Source: an uncultured Pseudomonadota bacterium (GTDB lineage: Bacteria > Pseudomonadota > Alphaproteobacteria > RF32 > CAG-239). Taken from it: a stretch of 64,000 bases of DNA. The stretch lies in NCBI GenBank assembly GCA_949300375.1, contig CASGEB010000004.1:101-64100 (forward strand). The letters are read 5' to 3'. A model generated the notes under the pieces. The model ran no database searches and was not told the DNA's origin. It worked only from the letters and a program-made list of their open reading frames with translations. Made by a program: the position numbers and the translations under genes. Positions 39,618 to 47,552 of this stretch are shown one piece after another; within the stretch, counting starts at the first letter, position 1, and each line of letters begins with the position of its first letter.

Positions 39618-39796
39618 GGAGATGTTTGAGGATAGTGTCAATAAAGACTTTGCTATTGAAAGTGGTATGATGTCAGATCTGAAGCCTGTTTTACCGTAAC
39701 TTATGATCTGATGGATGCAGATAACAGCTCGTTTGTTTCTTTGGCCAACGATACGGCATATAATGTCAAAGGCGAAACTCTCGACTATTTCGGCAC

Positions 39797-40228
39797 TCAG
39801 TAAAAACCACAGTCACTACAGGAACTAACAGGACAGACGCAAAGGCAAGGGGATATAATCTCAGAAATGTGTGAAGATAAGAACAAAAGAAATAACATAA
39901 AAATAATTACGCAAATACGTTTGGCAATAATATACTCTCTTTTGTCTGTTCTTTTTTTGGAAAATTTTAAAACCAATAAAACAAGTAAAGAAACGGAAAA
40001 CAAGCCCAAAAGTAATACATACCAAAACTCATAACTGGAAAAACATATTATATAATATGAGAGATACTTTTGCGAAAGAGCAAAAATCAAAAAGGTTACG
40101 CAAATACGTTTGACAATAATATACACTTTCCCGCCCATTCTTTTTTTTGAAAAGTTTAAAACTGGCAATGCAGCAAAAGAAACTAAAAGAAATCCTAAAT
40201 AAAATCCTGAAAATAAAATATCAGTCAT
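39797..40228 (-). CDS. hypothetical membrane protein with internal tandem duplication
   Basis: LNFSKKRMGGKVYIIVKRICV... is repeated as LKFSKKRTDKREYIIAKRICV.... The DNA repeat TTACGCAAATACGTTTG.CAATAATATAC is seen at about 39910 and 40096. Confidence 0.45.
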   Translation of the reverse strand: MTDILFSGFYLGFLLVSFAALPVLNFSKKRMGGKVYIIVKRICVTFLIFALSQKYLSYYIICFSSYEFWYVLLLGLFSVSLLVLLVLKFSKKRTDKREYIIAKRICVIIFMLFLLFLSSHISEIISPCLCVCPVSSCSDCGFY

Positions 40229-40340
40229 CCTACACTCACTTCCGCCATATAAAATAATACAAATATACTGCCCCTATCTATTGAAAAGTCAAGTTAAAAT
40301 ATCAATATTTAACACCTTTGAGCTGCTCAAATTTTTTCAG

Positions 40341-40385
40341 TCAATTTTATCGGACAGGGATTAGAACAATAAAAAGCTTGGTTTT
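40341..40385. repeat. solo right-end fragment of the module (copy B')
   Basis: TCAATTTTATCGGACAGGG...AAGCTTGG matches GCAATTATCGGACAGC...AAGCTTTTG of copy E. Confidence 0.45.
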
Positions 40386-40399
40386 TTAGCGTTCGCTCT

Positions 40400-40580
40400 A
40401 AAAGTCCGATAAGTTGCTAAAATTTGTTCTTTTAAAAATTCTCAAAATCGGACTAGCTGAAAGGTTTGGAATACATACAAAAAAAGCACCTCAAAAGGTG
40501 CGTTCTTAAAAATGGTGCGCGATACTGTGCAATTATCGGACTAATGAATATGACGATTTTAAAGGCTTGGGTAGGAAAAT
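40400..40580. repeat. cassette-boundary module, copy B
   Basis: AAAAGTCCGATAA (40400-), AAAATCGGACT (40447-54), hairpin GCACCTcaaaAGGTGC (40486-501), AAAAATGGTGCGC...GCAATTATCGGACT (40535-42), ...GTAGGAAAAT. Confidence 0.85.
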
Positions 40581-40769
40581 GGAGTTGTTTGATTGTGGCA
40601 TTAACAAATCAAATTTACTACTGGCATAATATTTTCAGACAGCCGCATCTTATTTTATAAAACTGAACAGTTGTATAAATTTTTAAAATAAACATTGACA
40701 ACAAAAACTTTTAACAGTATATTTTATAAAATCTGACATATGTACAATTATTTAAAATAGGAGGGTGTT

Positions 40770-42023
40770 GTGAAAATTGAAAGAACAAATTACCTTACTC
40801 AACTAATCAACAAAAAACACAACGGATTAGTTAAAATAGTTAGTGGAATAAGACGCTGTGGTAAATCCTATTTATTGTTTCAACTTTTCAAGCAACATTT
40901 GCTGGATGAAGGGGTTTCTGAAAAAAGAATCGTTACTTTGGCTTTAGACGACTATCCAAATATAAAATATCGTCAGCCAGATGAATGTTATAACTATGTC
41001 AAATCACATATCATTGATTCTGAAATGCATTATTTGTTATTAGATGAAGTTCAGCTAATGGATAATTTTTCAGATGTTTTAAATGGCTTTTTACACATTG
41101 AAAATTTAGATGTATATGTAACCGGAAGCAATTCTAAATTTTTATCTACCGACATTGTAACGGAATTTAGAGGCAGAGGAGATGAAATCAGGGTTTATCC
41201 TCTCAGTTTTGCAGAATTCTTTTCTGTTTATGAAGGATCTTGGACTGATGCATGGAAAGAATATTATACTTATGGTGGTATGCCTATGATTTTATCTCGT
41301 CAAACAGATGAGGAAAAGCGGAAGTATTTACAGTCTTTATTTACTGAAACATATATTCAAGATATCAAAGACCGGCATAATATCCGTAATGATGAAGAAC
41401 TAGAAGAATTAATAAATATTTTAGCTTCAGATATTGGTTGCTTAGTAAATCCGTTAATATTAACCAATACTTTTAAGAGCGTAAAAAAACTAGATATTTC
41501 AGCACCAACAGTTAAAAACTATATTGATTATTTGCAAGATTCTTTTTTAATTAGTAATGCGTTGCGTTATGACATTAAAGGTAAAAAGTATATAAACACT
41601 CCATCTAAATACTATTTTACTGATTTAGGATTACGAAATTCGCGTTTACGATTTAGGCAAACAGAAGAAAGCCATATCATGGAAAATATAATCTATAATG
41701 AATTGAAAATTCGTGGCTGTGATGTTGACGTTGGAGAGGTTCTTATTAAAGAAAAACAAGCCAATAATACATACATTAACAAAAAAACAGAAGTTGATTT
41801 TGTAGTAAACTGCGGTTACAAAAAATATTATATTCAATCAGCCTTACAAATGCCAACAAAAGCAAAAGAAACTCAAGAAAAACGCTCGTTATTAAAAATA
41901 GGTGATTCATTTAAAAAAATAATTATTGTAAAAGATGATGTGGCGACCTATCAAGATGATGACGGTATTTTAATTTTAGGGTTAAAAGAATTTTTGTTAA
42001 ATCCTAATTGCTTGGATATATAA
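40770..42023 (+). CDS. AAA-type ATPase of the COG1373 / DUF4143 family
   Basis: GTG start after AGGAGG. Walker A GIRRCGKS, Walker B LLLDEVQ. The C-terminal part has the DUF4143-like pattern. Confidence 0.7.
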   Translation: MKIERTNYLTQLINKKHNGLVKIVSGIRRCGKSYLLFQLFKQHLLDEGVSEKRIVTLALDDYPNIKYRQPDECYNYVKSHIIDSEMHYLLLDEVQLMDNFSDVLNGFLHIENLDVYVTGSNSKFLSTDIVTEFRGRGDEIRVYPLSFAEFFSVYEGSWTDAWKEYYTYGGMPMILSRQTDEEKRKYLQSLFTETYIQDIKDRHNIRNDEELEELINILASDIGCLVNPLILTNTFKSVKKLDISAPTVKNYIDYLQDSFLISNALRYDIKGKKYINTPSKYYFTDLGLRNSRLRFRQTEESHIMENIIYNELKIRGCDVDVGEVLIKEKQANNTYINKKTEVDFVVNCGYKKYYIQSALQMPTKAKETQEKRSLLKIGDSFKKIIIVKDDVATYQDDDGILILGLKEFLLNPNCLDI

Positions 42024-42126
42024 TTTCTTAGTAAGTTTGAAGAGATATTAATCTGTATTATGGAAGATATTAAATTGCCACAATAAAATACAGCTGACTT
42101 TCAAGCCAACTGTATTTTCATCAAAT

Positions 42127-42489
42127 TTAGAATAAGATTTTCTTTTTAAGACAGTATTGCAACCATCTGTACACTCTCCAAGGATGTGCAACAGCTTCAT
42201 GACAAATGTAAAATGAGAACCAAAAAATTGCATACTCTGCTTGAACCTCTGGTGGAAGATCTGTATTTTCGACAGTTTGAACAAAATCATAATTAGATTG
42301 TCTGTCATAATAGTCCTGACGTTTCGTATTATTCAGATCTTCAACTCCAAACAAAGCTATGTTCTTCTTTACACTGTTTAGGTTGCGTGCTTCTTCTATG
42401 AAATCATAAATCTGCTCTCTCGTTAAAATAACGGGGCAGCTCCTTTTGATAGCGTCTATGACATACGCTCTATTAATAACACTTTCCAT
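42127..42489 (-). CDS. hypothetical protein (120 aa)
   Basis: ORF only. Confidence 0.4.
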   Translation of the reverse strand: MESVINRAYVIDAIKRSCPVILTREQIYDFIEEARNLNSVKKNIALFGVEDLNNTKRQDYYDRQSNYDFVQTVENTDLPPEVQAEYAIFWFSFYICHEAVAHPWRVYRWLQYCLKKKILF

Positions 42490-42564
42490 AATTATAAGAT
42501 TTTATAAATAATAATTCTATTTGTGGACAGATTATATATAAAAACTTTAAAAGTAAAGAGATAA

Positions 42565-42750
42565 AAAAGTCCGATAATTCTTTCAAAACTATCATTATAA
42601 AAAACTCAAAAATCGGACTTTGTAAGCATTTGTTTAAAAATAAAAAATCCACCACTCGGGCGGAATTCTTAAAAATGGTGCGCTTTTGCTGTGCAGTTAT
42701 CGGACTAATTAATATGAGGATTTACAAGTATTTTCGAGAAAATTAAAGAT
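42565..42750. repeat. cassette-boundary module, copy C
   Basis: It has the same three GTCCGAT/ATCGGAC motifs (42569-75, 42612-19, 42699-706). Its internal hairpin TCCACCACTCGGGCGGA is of the type found next to the real tRNA. Confidence 0.85.
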
Positions 42751-42770
42751 TTTAAGGGAAATATGCAAAC

Positions 42771-43802
42771 TTAACTATTTTGCTTCTCATTTTGATACAT
42801 TCTTAAAGTGCTTAAATCAACTTTAGACATATTATAAGTTGGTTTATATGGTGGTTTTGTATCGTGGGCTTTTAGCCTATTACGCAAGTTTTCAATTCTT
42901 TTTGATATTTCATCCCTTGTGTTGTAAAGTTTTTGTTCTTTTACTGAGATACGATAATCGCCCCAAGTCATTTCATTAGCGCTCTCTGGTGCTGTTCTCT
43001 TGTTTGTGTCCGGATCATATACTATTTCCCCCCTGAGCTTGGACACGTTCATATCTCTAATAGGTTCTTGTGAACAATATTTAATGGGAATATCCGAGGT
43101 ATGCAACAAAGTTCCATTTATATTTATATTATCTTGGTTTGATGCAACAGCTTGTACTAATTTATCATAATTATTTTTGTATGAGGGGGACTTAGAACAT
43201 AGATAATCATTTATAGCTTGAGTTCTATAAGAGTTATTTGCATTTGTGCTGTCTACTTTTTCTATAATTTTTTGCCCAGATGAATTGGTATACTCAATTA
43301 TTGGGCACTTAGTTTCATTATCCCATCCAAGTTTATTAACAATGTTTTTTTCACCTAAAGAGTTTTCTGTCTCGAAATTTACATTAGCATTAAACTCATT
43401 CTTTTGAGCTTCCCAAAAATCTAAAAATATTGATCTGTTTCTTCCTCTCTTTATATTGGGATGTTGTTCATTATCTAACTGCCAAGCTGGATATTTTATA
43501 GTATCCTTTTTTACAGGAATTTCTATTTTAAGGGCCTCATTATTTTTAAGTCTAATATCAATACCAAAGTTTTTCATAGCCCACTCTGCATCAGCCGCAA
43601 CAAGTAAAGAGCAATAATACTTGTTAGCCTTGCCTTCACTAGTCCAACAATAAAAACCCTTACTTTGTCCACCATACCCATTACCTTGCTCAGGAACAAT
43701 TCCTTTTGCTAAGAACTGATTAGTTTTTTCCTCTGAAGCATCTCTTGATATATGATAAAATTTTAAATACTCATCATCCATTATACGACCTTTGCATCCC
43801 AT
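42771..43802 (-). CDS. PARP-like (H-Y-E class) ADP-ribosyltransferase domain protein with unknown C-terminal region
   Basis: N-terminus LKFYHISRD...FLAKGIVPEQ...GYGGQSKGFYCWTSEGKANKYYC aligns by eye with PARP1 LLWHGSR...ILSQGLRIAP...[21 protein letters not shown]. The H-to-Y spacing is an identical 34 residues. A later KNEF is a candidate for the catalytic Glu. The start may be the second ATG (43781). Confidence 0.5.
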   Translation of the reverse strand: MGCKGRIMDDEYLKFYHISRDASEEKTNQFLAKGIVPEQGNGYGGQSKGFYCWTSEGKANKYYCSLLVAADAEWAMKNFGIDIRLKNNEALKIEIPVKKDTIKYPAWQLDNEQHPNIKRGRNRSIFLDFWEAQKNEFNANVNFETENSLGEKNIVNKLGWDNETKCPIIEYTNSSGQKIIEKVDSTNANNSYRTQAINDYLCSKSPSYKNNYDKLVQAVASNQDNININGTLLHTSDIPIKYCSQEPIRDMNVSKLRGEIVYDPDTNKRTAPESANEMTWGDYRISVKEQKLYNTRDEISKRIENLRNRLKAHDTKPPYKPTYNMSKVDLSTLRMYQNEKQNS

Positions 43803-43864
43803 ATATTATAGTAATTTATAACATTCTTGTAATATTACAAAAATATAATTTATTCGTGCAAAAA

Positions 43865-44662
43865 TTACCGACAATTTTCCTTTAATTTTTTATTTCGTAA
43901 CATTGCCTCTTTAGCATCTTCCGTTTGGCTTTTTGCAATTTTCCTATTCTTTTCAGTTATTTCGCCTGTCCTGCTATTCCCTGTTTTGCCTAAATCGTCT
44001 TTAGATAAACCAATTTCTTCAAAGCCCGAAGATAGTGATTTGGTTTTAAGTTCTAACGGATCAATATTACTGTTTTTTATTCTTTTTCTGAGTTCTGCAA
44101 TTTTTTGTAAGCTCTTATCAGCATATTCAATTAAACCTGTTTCAGGATTAAAGTCTAGTTCGGGCTTTTTATTATCATCGCTTCTCTTTTGATTTGATTT
44201 TTGTTGCTCAAGATCATCGAAATTAAAGTTCGCAAAAGCATTAAAATCAGGTACACTTTCTTTAAATAAGAAATTGTCTTTTTTTCCGCCTTTAAATAAT
44301 TTTTCCAAATTTTCAAGTGTCGGTTCAAAATATTTTATTCCGGGTTGTCCTGGATTATCGCTGTTAAAGCCACAATGTTCATAAAAAGAGCCAGCACCCC
44401 ATGTGGCATGAACGACTATGCGTCCTTCACATCCCATTTGTTGTGATAACTCATAGCATTTTTGCAACCCGGCGCGTCCGTAACCATTTCTTTGGAAGGT
44501 TCCAAAGCCATCAATTTCTAAGACAGATTTATCTTTCCAAGTATCTGGACACAGAAAACCATTATATTGAGGATGGATTGAAATATTACAAATTCCAACC
44601 TTTGTCTCTCCCTCAAACATGTCATATGCAAACATATTGCTAATATTAAGAGTATCTACCAT
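43865..44662 (-). CDS. GNAT-fold acetyltransferase-like protein with Lys/Glu-rich C-terminal tail
   Basis: FQRNGYGRAGLQKCYELS (motif A) ...FYEHCGF. Confidence 0.55.
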   Translation of the reverse strand: MVDTLNISNMFAYDMFEGETKVGICNISIHPQYNGFLCPDTWKDKSVLEIDGFGTFQRNGYGRAGLQKCYELSQQMGCEGRIVVHATWGAGSFYEHCGFNSDNPGQPGIKYFEPTLENLEKLFKGGKKDNFLFKESVPDFNAFANFNFDDLEQQKSNQKRSDDNKKPELDFNPETGLIEYADKSLQKIAELRKRIKNSNIDPLELKTKSLSSGFEEIGLSKDDLGKTGNSRTGEITEKNRKIAKSQTEDAKEAMLRNKKLKENCR

Positions 44663-44756
44663 TTATGAACCCTCCAATATATTTTATCATTTTTTTAGCT
44701 AAAATGAAACAATTTATTAAAATTAGTAAAATGCTTGGTTTTGTTGATTTTTTATT

Positions 44757-44940
44757 AAAAAGTCCGATAGGTTAGCTTAAAAGTGCTTTTATAAAAATCC
44801 TTAAAATCGGACTAGCTGAAAGGTTTGGAATACATACAAAAAAGCACCTCAAAAGGTGCGTTCTTAAAAATGGTGCGCTTTTGCTGTGCAATTATCGGAC
44901 TGAGGATTATGAGGATTTTAAGGATTGGAGTAGGAAAATT
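44757..44940. repeat. cassette-boundary module, copy D
   Basis: Motifs at 44762-68, 44806-13 and 44894-901. Hairpin at 44844-59. TGGTGCGCTTTTGCTGTGCAATTATCGGACT is identical to copy E. Confidence 0.9.
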
Positions 44941-44942
44941 AA

Positions 44943-45707
44943 CTATAATATTTGCCGTCTAATGTCTTTTTCATTTATTTGACAATATAAGTAAGATTCC
45001 TCCATAAATTGTATTATATTTTTAGACTTTATATAGAGAGAGGTTAACTCTTCAAGAATAATTTGATTATTTATTTTCATATCATAAAAATATTTATAAG
45101 CTGGTTTATTTTTATACTTTTCAGGATACATATTTCCAATATCTGTATTTTTCACAAAGGTATCTATGACCATTTCGCTTAAAATCCATTTTAAATTTGG
45201 TGCTTCATATTCAGACCAATCATCTTTAAAATGTTGTTTCCATATATAAAACCAAACAAAATGAATCATTTCATGAAGAGATGTTTTTAGAAAGTCAAGT
45301 TCATCCCCTGCCCAAGTAACAGAATAGCTTTGATGCCTGAGATTTCTGGGACATACGGGATTAAGAGAAACTTCTGCAATCATAGTATTAAAAAGATTGT
45401 CGCAATCAATACCATACACTTTTGTGTAAATATGATTTATTTTTTCTTTGTTTTCATTCCAAATTTTTTGGAAAATAAAACACTTTTTTTGTAAGTTTAT
45501 TTCAATTTTATCATAGATTTTTGATAATTCTGCCGTTAAATATTCTTTTCTTTCATTCCAAGCCATATTTAAACATTTTTTTTCGTCCAAAAAAGGATAA
45601 GCTTTGAATAAAGCTCCTCGCCAGTAAGCAGAAGTATCATCAGTTTGAAAATTCAAAATACTTGATAATGTGTCAATTTTATCCATTATTTTGACTGATA
45701 AGTCCAT
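44943..45707 (-). CDS. hypothetical HExxH-motif protein (putative zinc metallopeptidase)
   Basis: SLHEMIHFVW, with SEMVID 27 residues downstream as a possible third ligand. Confidence 0.45.
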   Translation of the reverse strand: MDLSVKIMDKIDTLSSILNFQTDDTSAYWRGALFKAYPFLDEKKCLNMAWNERKEYLTAELSKIYDKIEINLQKKCFIFQKIWNENKEKINHIYTKVYGIDCDNLFNTMIAEVSLNPVCPRNLRHQSYSVTWAGDELDFLKTSLHEMIHFVWFYIWKQHFKDDWSEYEAPNLKWILSEMVIDTFVKNTDIGNMYPEKYKNKPAYKYFYDMKINNQIILEELTSLYIKSKNIIQFMEESYLYCQINEKDIRRQIL

Positions 45708-45771
45708 TTATATATCTCCTTATTTCAAGTTGTGTGAGGATTGTATAGAATGCAATATGTAAAGTAAAGAT

Positions 45772-45953
45772 AAAAGTCCGATAATTCTTTCAAAATCATC
45801 AAATTAAAATTCTCAAAATCGGACTGAATGAAAGGCTTGGTTTATATAGCAAAAAAGCACCTCAAAAGGTGCTGCCTTAAAAATGGTGCGCTTTTGCTGT
45901 GCAATTATCGGACAGCTTTTTATGATGATTTTAAGCTTTTGAGTAGGAAAATT
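45772..45953. repeat. cassette-boundary module, copy E
   Basis: Motifs at 45776-82, 45818-25 and 45907-13. Hairpin at 45857-72. Confidence 0.9.
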
Positions 45954-45959
45954 TGAACT

Positions 45960-46571
45960 TTATATAAATCCATTTGCCGTTAAATAATCATAAATCTCAT
46001 CAGACATAATCTGATGCCCTTTAGCATTAGGATGAGTAGCATCTTTGTACAACTCTTTTAATTTGCGATTTTTCCATAAATTATATCGAGAGAAGAAAGC
46101 TATGTTGCGACTATCACAAATTTCTTTAATTATCTCATTATATCTTTCAACATCTGAATTATAACGAATGAGAGAAGCTTGTTCCGTATATCTTTCCTCA
46201 ACAACCGGAATTAGGTCTAAAACAACAATATTTGCTTTTGTTAAGGCTAAAATATCAAGGAGTTTATTCCAATACATTTTTCTAGCACCTTCAGAAAAAT
46301 CTAATTGCAAATCACTATCTTTGCGTCGTCTTAAGTCATTGATGCCGATATTTACCAGAATTAAGTCAAAATTTCTTGATAGCGTTTCACTAAATGCACG
46401 ATTAGTTGCATCGGCAACATTATCTCCGGATTGTGACATATTATTAAAAACATATTCACCTACGTGATGTGATAGTATCTTTTGAGCAAGTCTTGCAAAA
46501 TATCCTAAATTTTGTTCATCATAATATCCGTGAGCAATACTATCTCCAATCATGCCAATGTTTTTAACCAT
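45960..46571 (-). CDS. SGNH/GDSL family hydrolase
   Basis: Block I IGDSIAHG, block III GINDL, block V DATHPNAKGH. Confidence 0.8.
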   Translation of the reverse strand: MVKNIGMIGDSIAHGYYDEQNLGYFARLAQKILSHHVGEYVFNNMSQSGDNVADATNRAFSETLSRNFDLILVNIGINDLRRRKDSDLQLDFSEGARKMYWNKLLDILALTKANIVVLDLIPVVEERYTEQASLIRYNSDVERYNEIIKEICDSRNIAFFSRYNLWKNRKLKELYKDATHPNAKGHQIMSDEIYDYLTANGFI

Positions 46572-46647
46572 TTTCTTCTCCTTAACTTCATTTGTAATAA
46601 GTAAATACCTATAATTTTAAAAGGTCAAATATATTATTAATTTTACC

Positions 46648-46759
46648 AAAAAGTCCGATAAGTTGTTGAAAATTGCCTATTTTAAAATCTAAAAAATCGG
46701 ACTAAATAAATACTTGTTTAAAAACAAAAAATCCGCCACTTGGGCGGAAATATCAAAAA
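46648..46759. repeat. native downstream flank of tRNA-Thr, apparent template of the module (copy F)
   Basis: AAAAGTCCGATAAG (46653-59), AAAATCGGACT (46696-703) and terminator hairpin TCCGCCACTTGGGCGGA (46731-47). The third motif is the tRNA T-loop itself. Confidence 0.85.
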
Positions 46760-46834
46760 TGGTGCCGCTAGTAAGAATCGGACTTACGACCCCACCCTTA
46801 CCAAGGGTGTGCTCTACCACTGAGCTATAGCGGC
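46760..46834 (-). tRNA. tRNA-Thr (anticodon GGT) with atypical T-loop TCCGATT
   Basis: 75-nt cloverleaf folded by hand. Acceptor GCCGCTA/TAGCGGC, anticodon loop TTGGTAA, T-arm GTAAG-TCCGATT-CTTAC, encoded CCA. Confidence 0.85.
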
Positions 46835-46921
46835 GTTCGTTATTCTGTGAATGAAACATACATAAACATTTAAATAAAATCAAGTATGAATTATGCTAAA
46901 TACATAATTTTTTTTATAAAG

Positions 46922-47068
46922 AGAAAAAAATATGTCAGATAAATTTGAAAATAAAGACAAAAAGTCTTCCCAAACCCGCAAAGAGCAACGCTTTGAGCGA
47001 GAAGCCGCCGCTTTGCGGAAAAATCTTGAAAAACGCAAAAAACAACAGGAAGAACGTGAAAAACTCAA
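46922..47068 (+). CDS. 48-aa basic coiled-coil mini-protein
   Basis: MSDKFENKDKKSSQTRKEQRFEREAAALRKNLEKRKKQQEEREKLKKS. The ..AAALR.NL..RK.Q pattern recurs in small alphaproteobacterial proteins as I remember them. Too short for the ORF track. Confidence 0.4.
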
Positions 47069-47133
47069 AAAATCTTAGGTTTTAAAAGAATTTCACGATT
47101 CTACCGCAAAATAAAAATAACAAGGAGAATAAA

Positions 47134-47541
47134 ATGAAAAAAATTTTAAGCCTGATGCTCGGCACAATCTTTATGGCTGCCGCCTGCAGCAAAACAACGG
47201 CCGAAACTTTCACCGGCAAAGAATATAAATTGACGGGTACGGAACCCGGTGTCGAAATCACCTTAGGTTTTGCAGCCGATGAACCGCGGTATTTCGGAAA
47301 ATCGGCAATTAACCGCTACTTCGGAAATTATACGGCAGAGGAAGGCAAACTGGCATTGGGGCCGGCCGGTTCCACAATGATGGCCGGGCCGCAAGAACTA
47401 ATGGAGGCCGAGCAAAAATATCTTCGCACTCTCAGTGCGGCAAAAACCTATAAGTTAGAGGGCAAAAAACTGACAATTGAAACCACGGAAGGCCAGACGC
47501 TGGTCTTTGATGAAATCGGAACTGTTCCGGAAAATAAATAA
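47134..47541 (+). CDS. META domain (HslJ-like) lipoprotein
   Basis: Lipobox AAAC. ...INRYFGNYT...GPAGSTMMAG...E..YL..L is the META pattern. Confidence 0.75.
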   Translation: MKKILSLMLGTIFMAAACSKTTAETFTGKEYKLTGTEPGVEITLGFAADEPRYFGKSAINRYFGNYTAEEGKLALGPAGSTMMAGPQELMEAEQKYLRTLSAAKTYKLEGKKLTIETTEGQTLVFDEIGTVPENK

Positions 47542-47552
47542 GCAGATGAAAG

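Noticed and set aside
40466-40660. 64-aa plus-strand ORF
   Set aside because: It runs through module copy B. The equivalent frames in copies C, D and E are not open, so it is a by-product of the repeat.
43771-43802. About 74 percent identity over 31 nt between the 5' end of the 343-aa gene (ATGGGATGCAAAGGTCGTATA...) and an internal segment of the GNAT-like gene (44415-44445)
   Set aside because: The match is too short and imperfect to separate from chance without statistics. I note it only as a possible recombination scar.
39495-46760. Possibility that the repeated modules form a CRISPR array
   Set aside because: The repeats are about 180 bp rather than 25-40 bp. The intervals are 0.8-2.2 kb and contain full genes. 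No cas genes are present.
29750-46900. Calling the island an integrative element, prophage or integron
   Set aside because: I found no integrase, transposase, phage structural or conjugation gene in any frame of the window. I therefore describe the structure only and make no mobile_element call.
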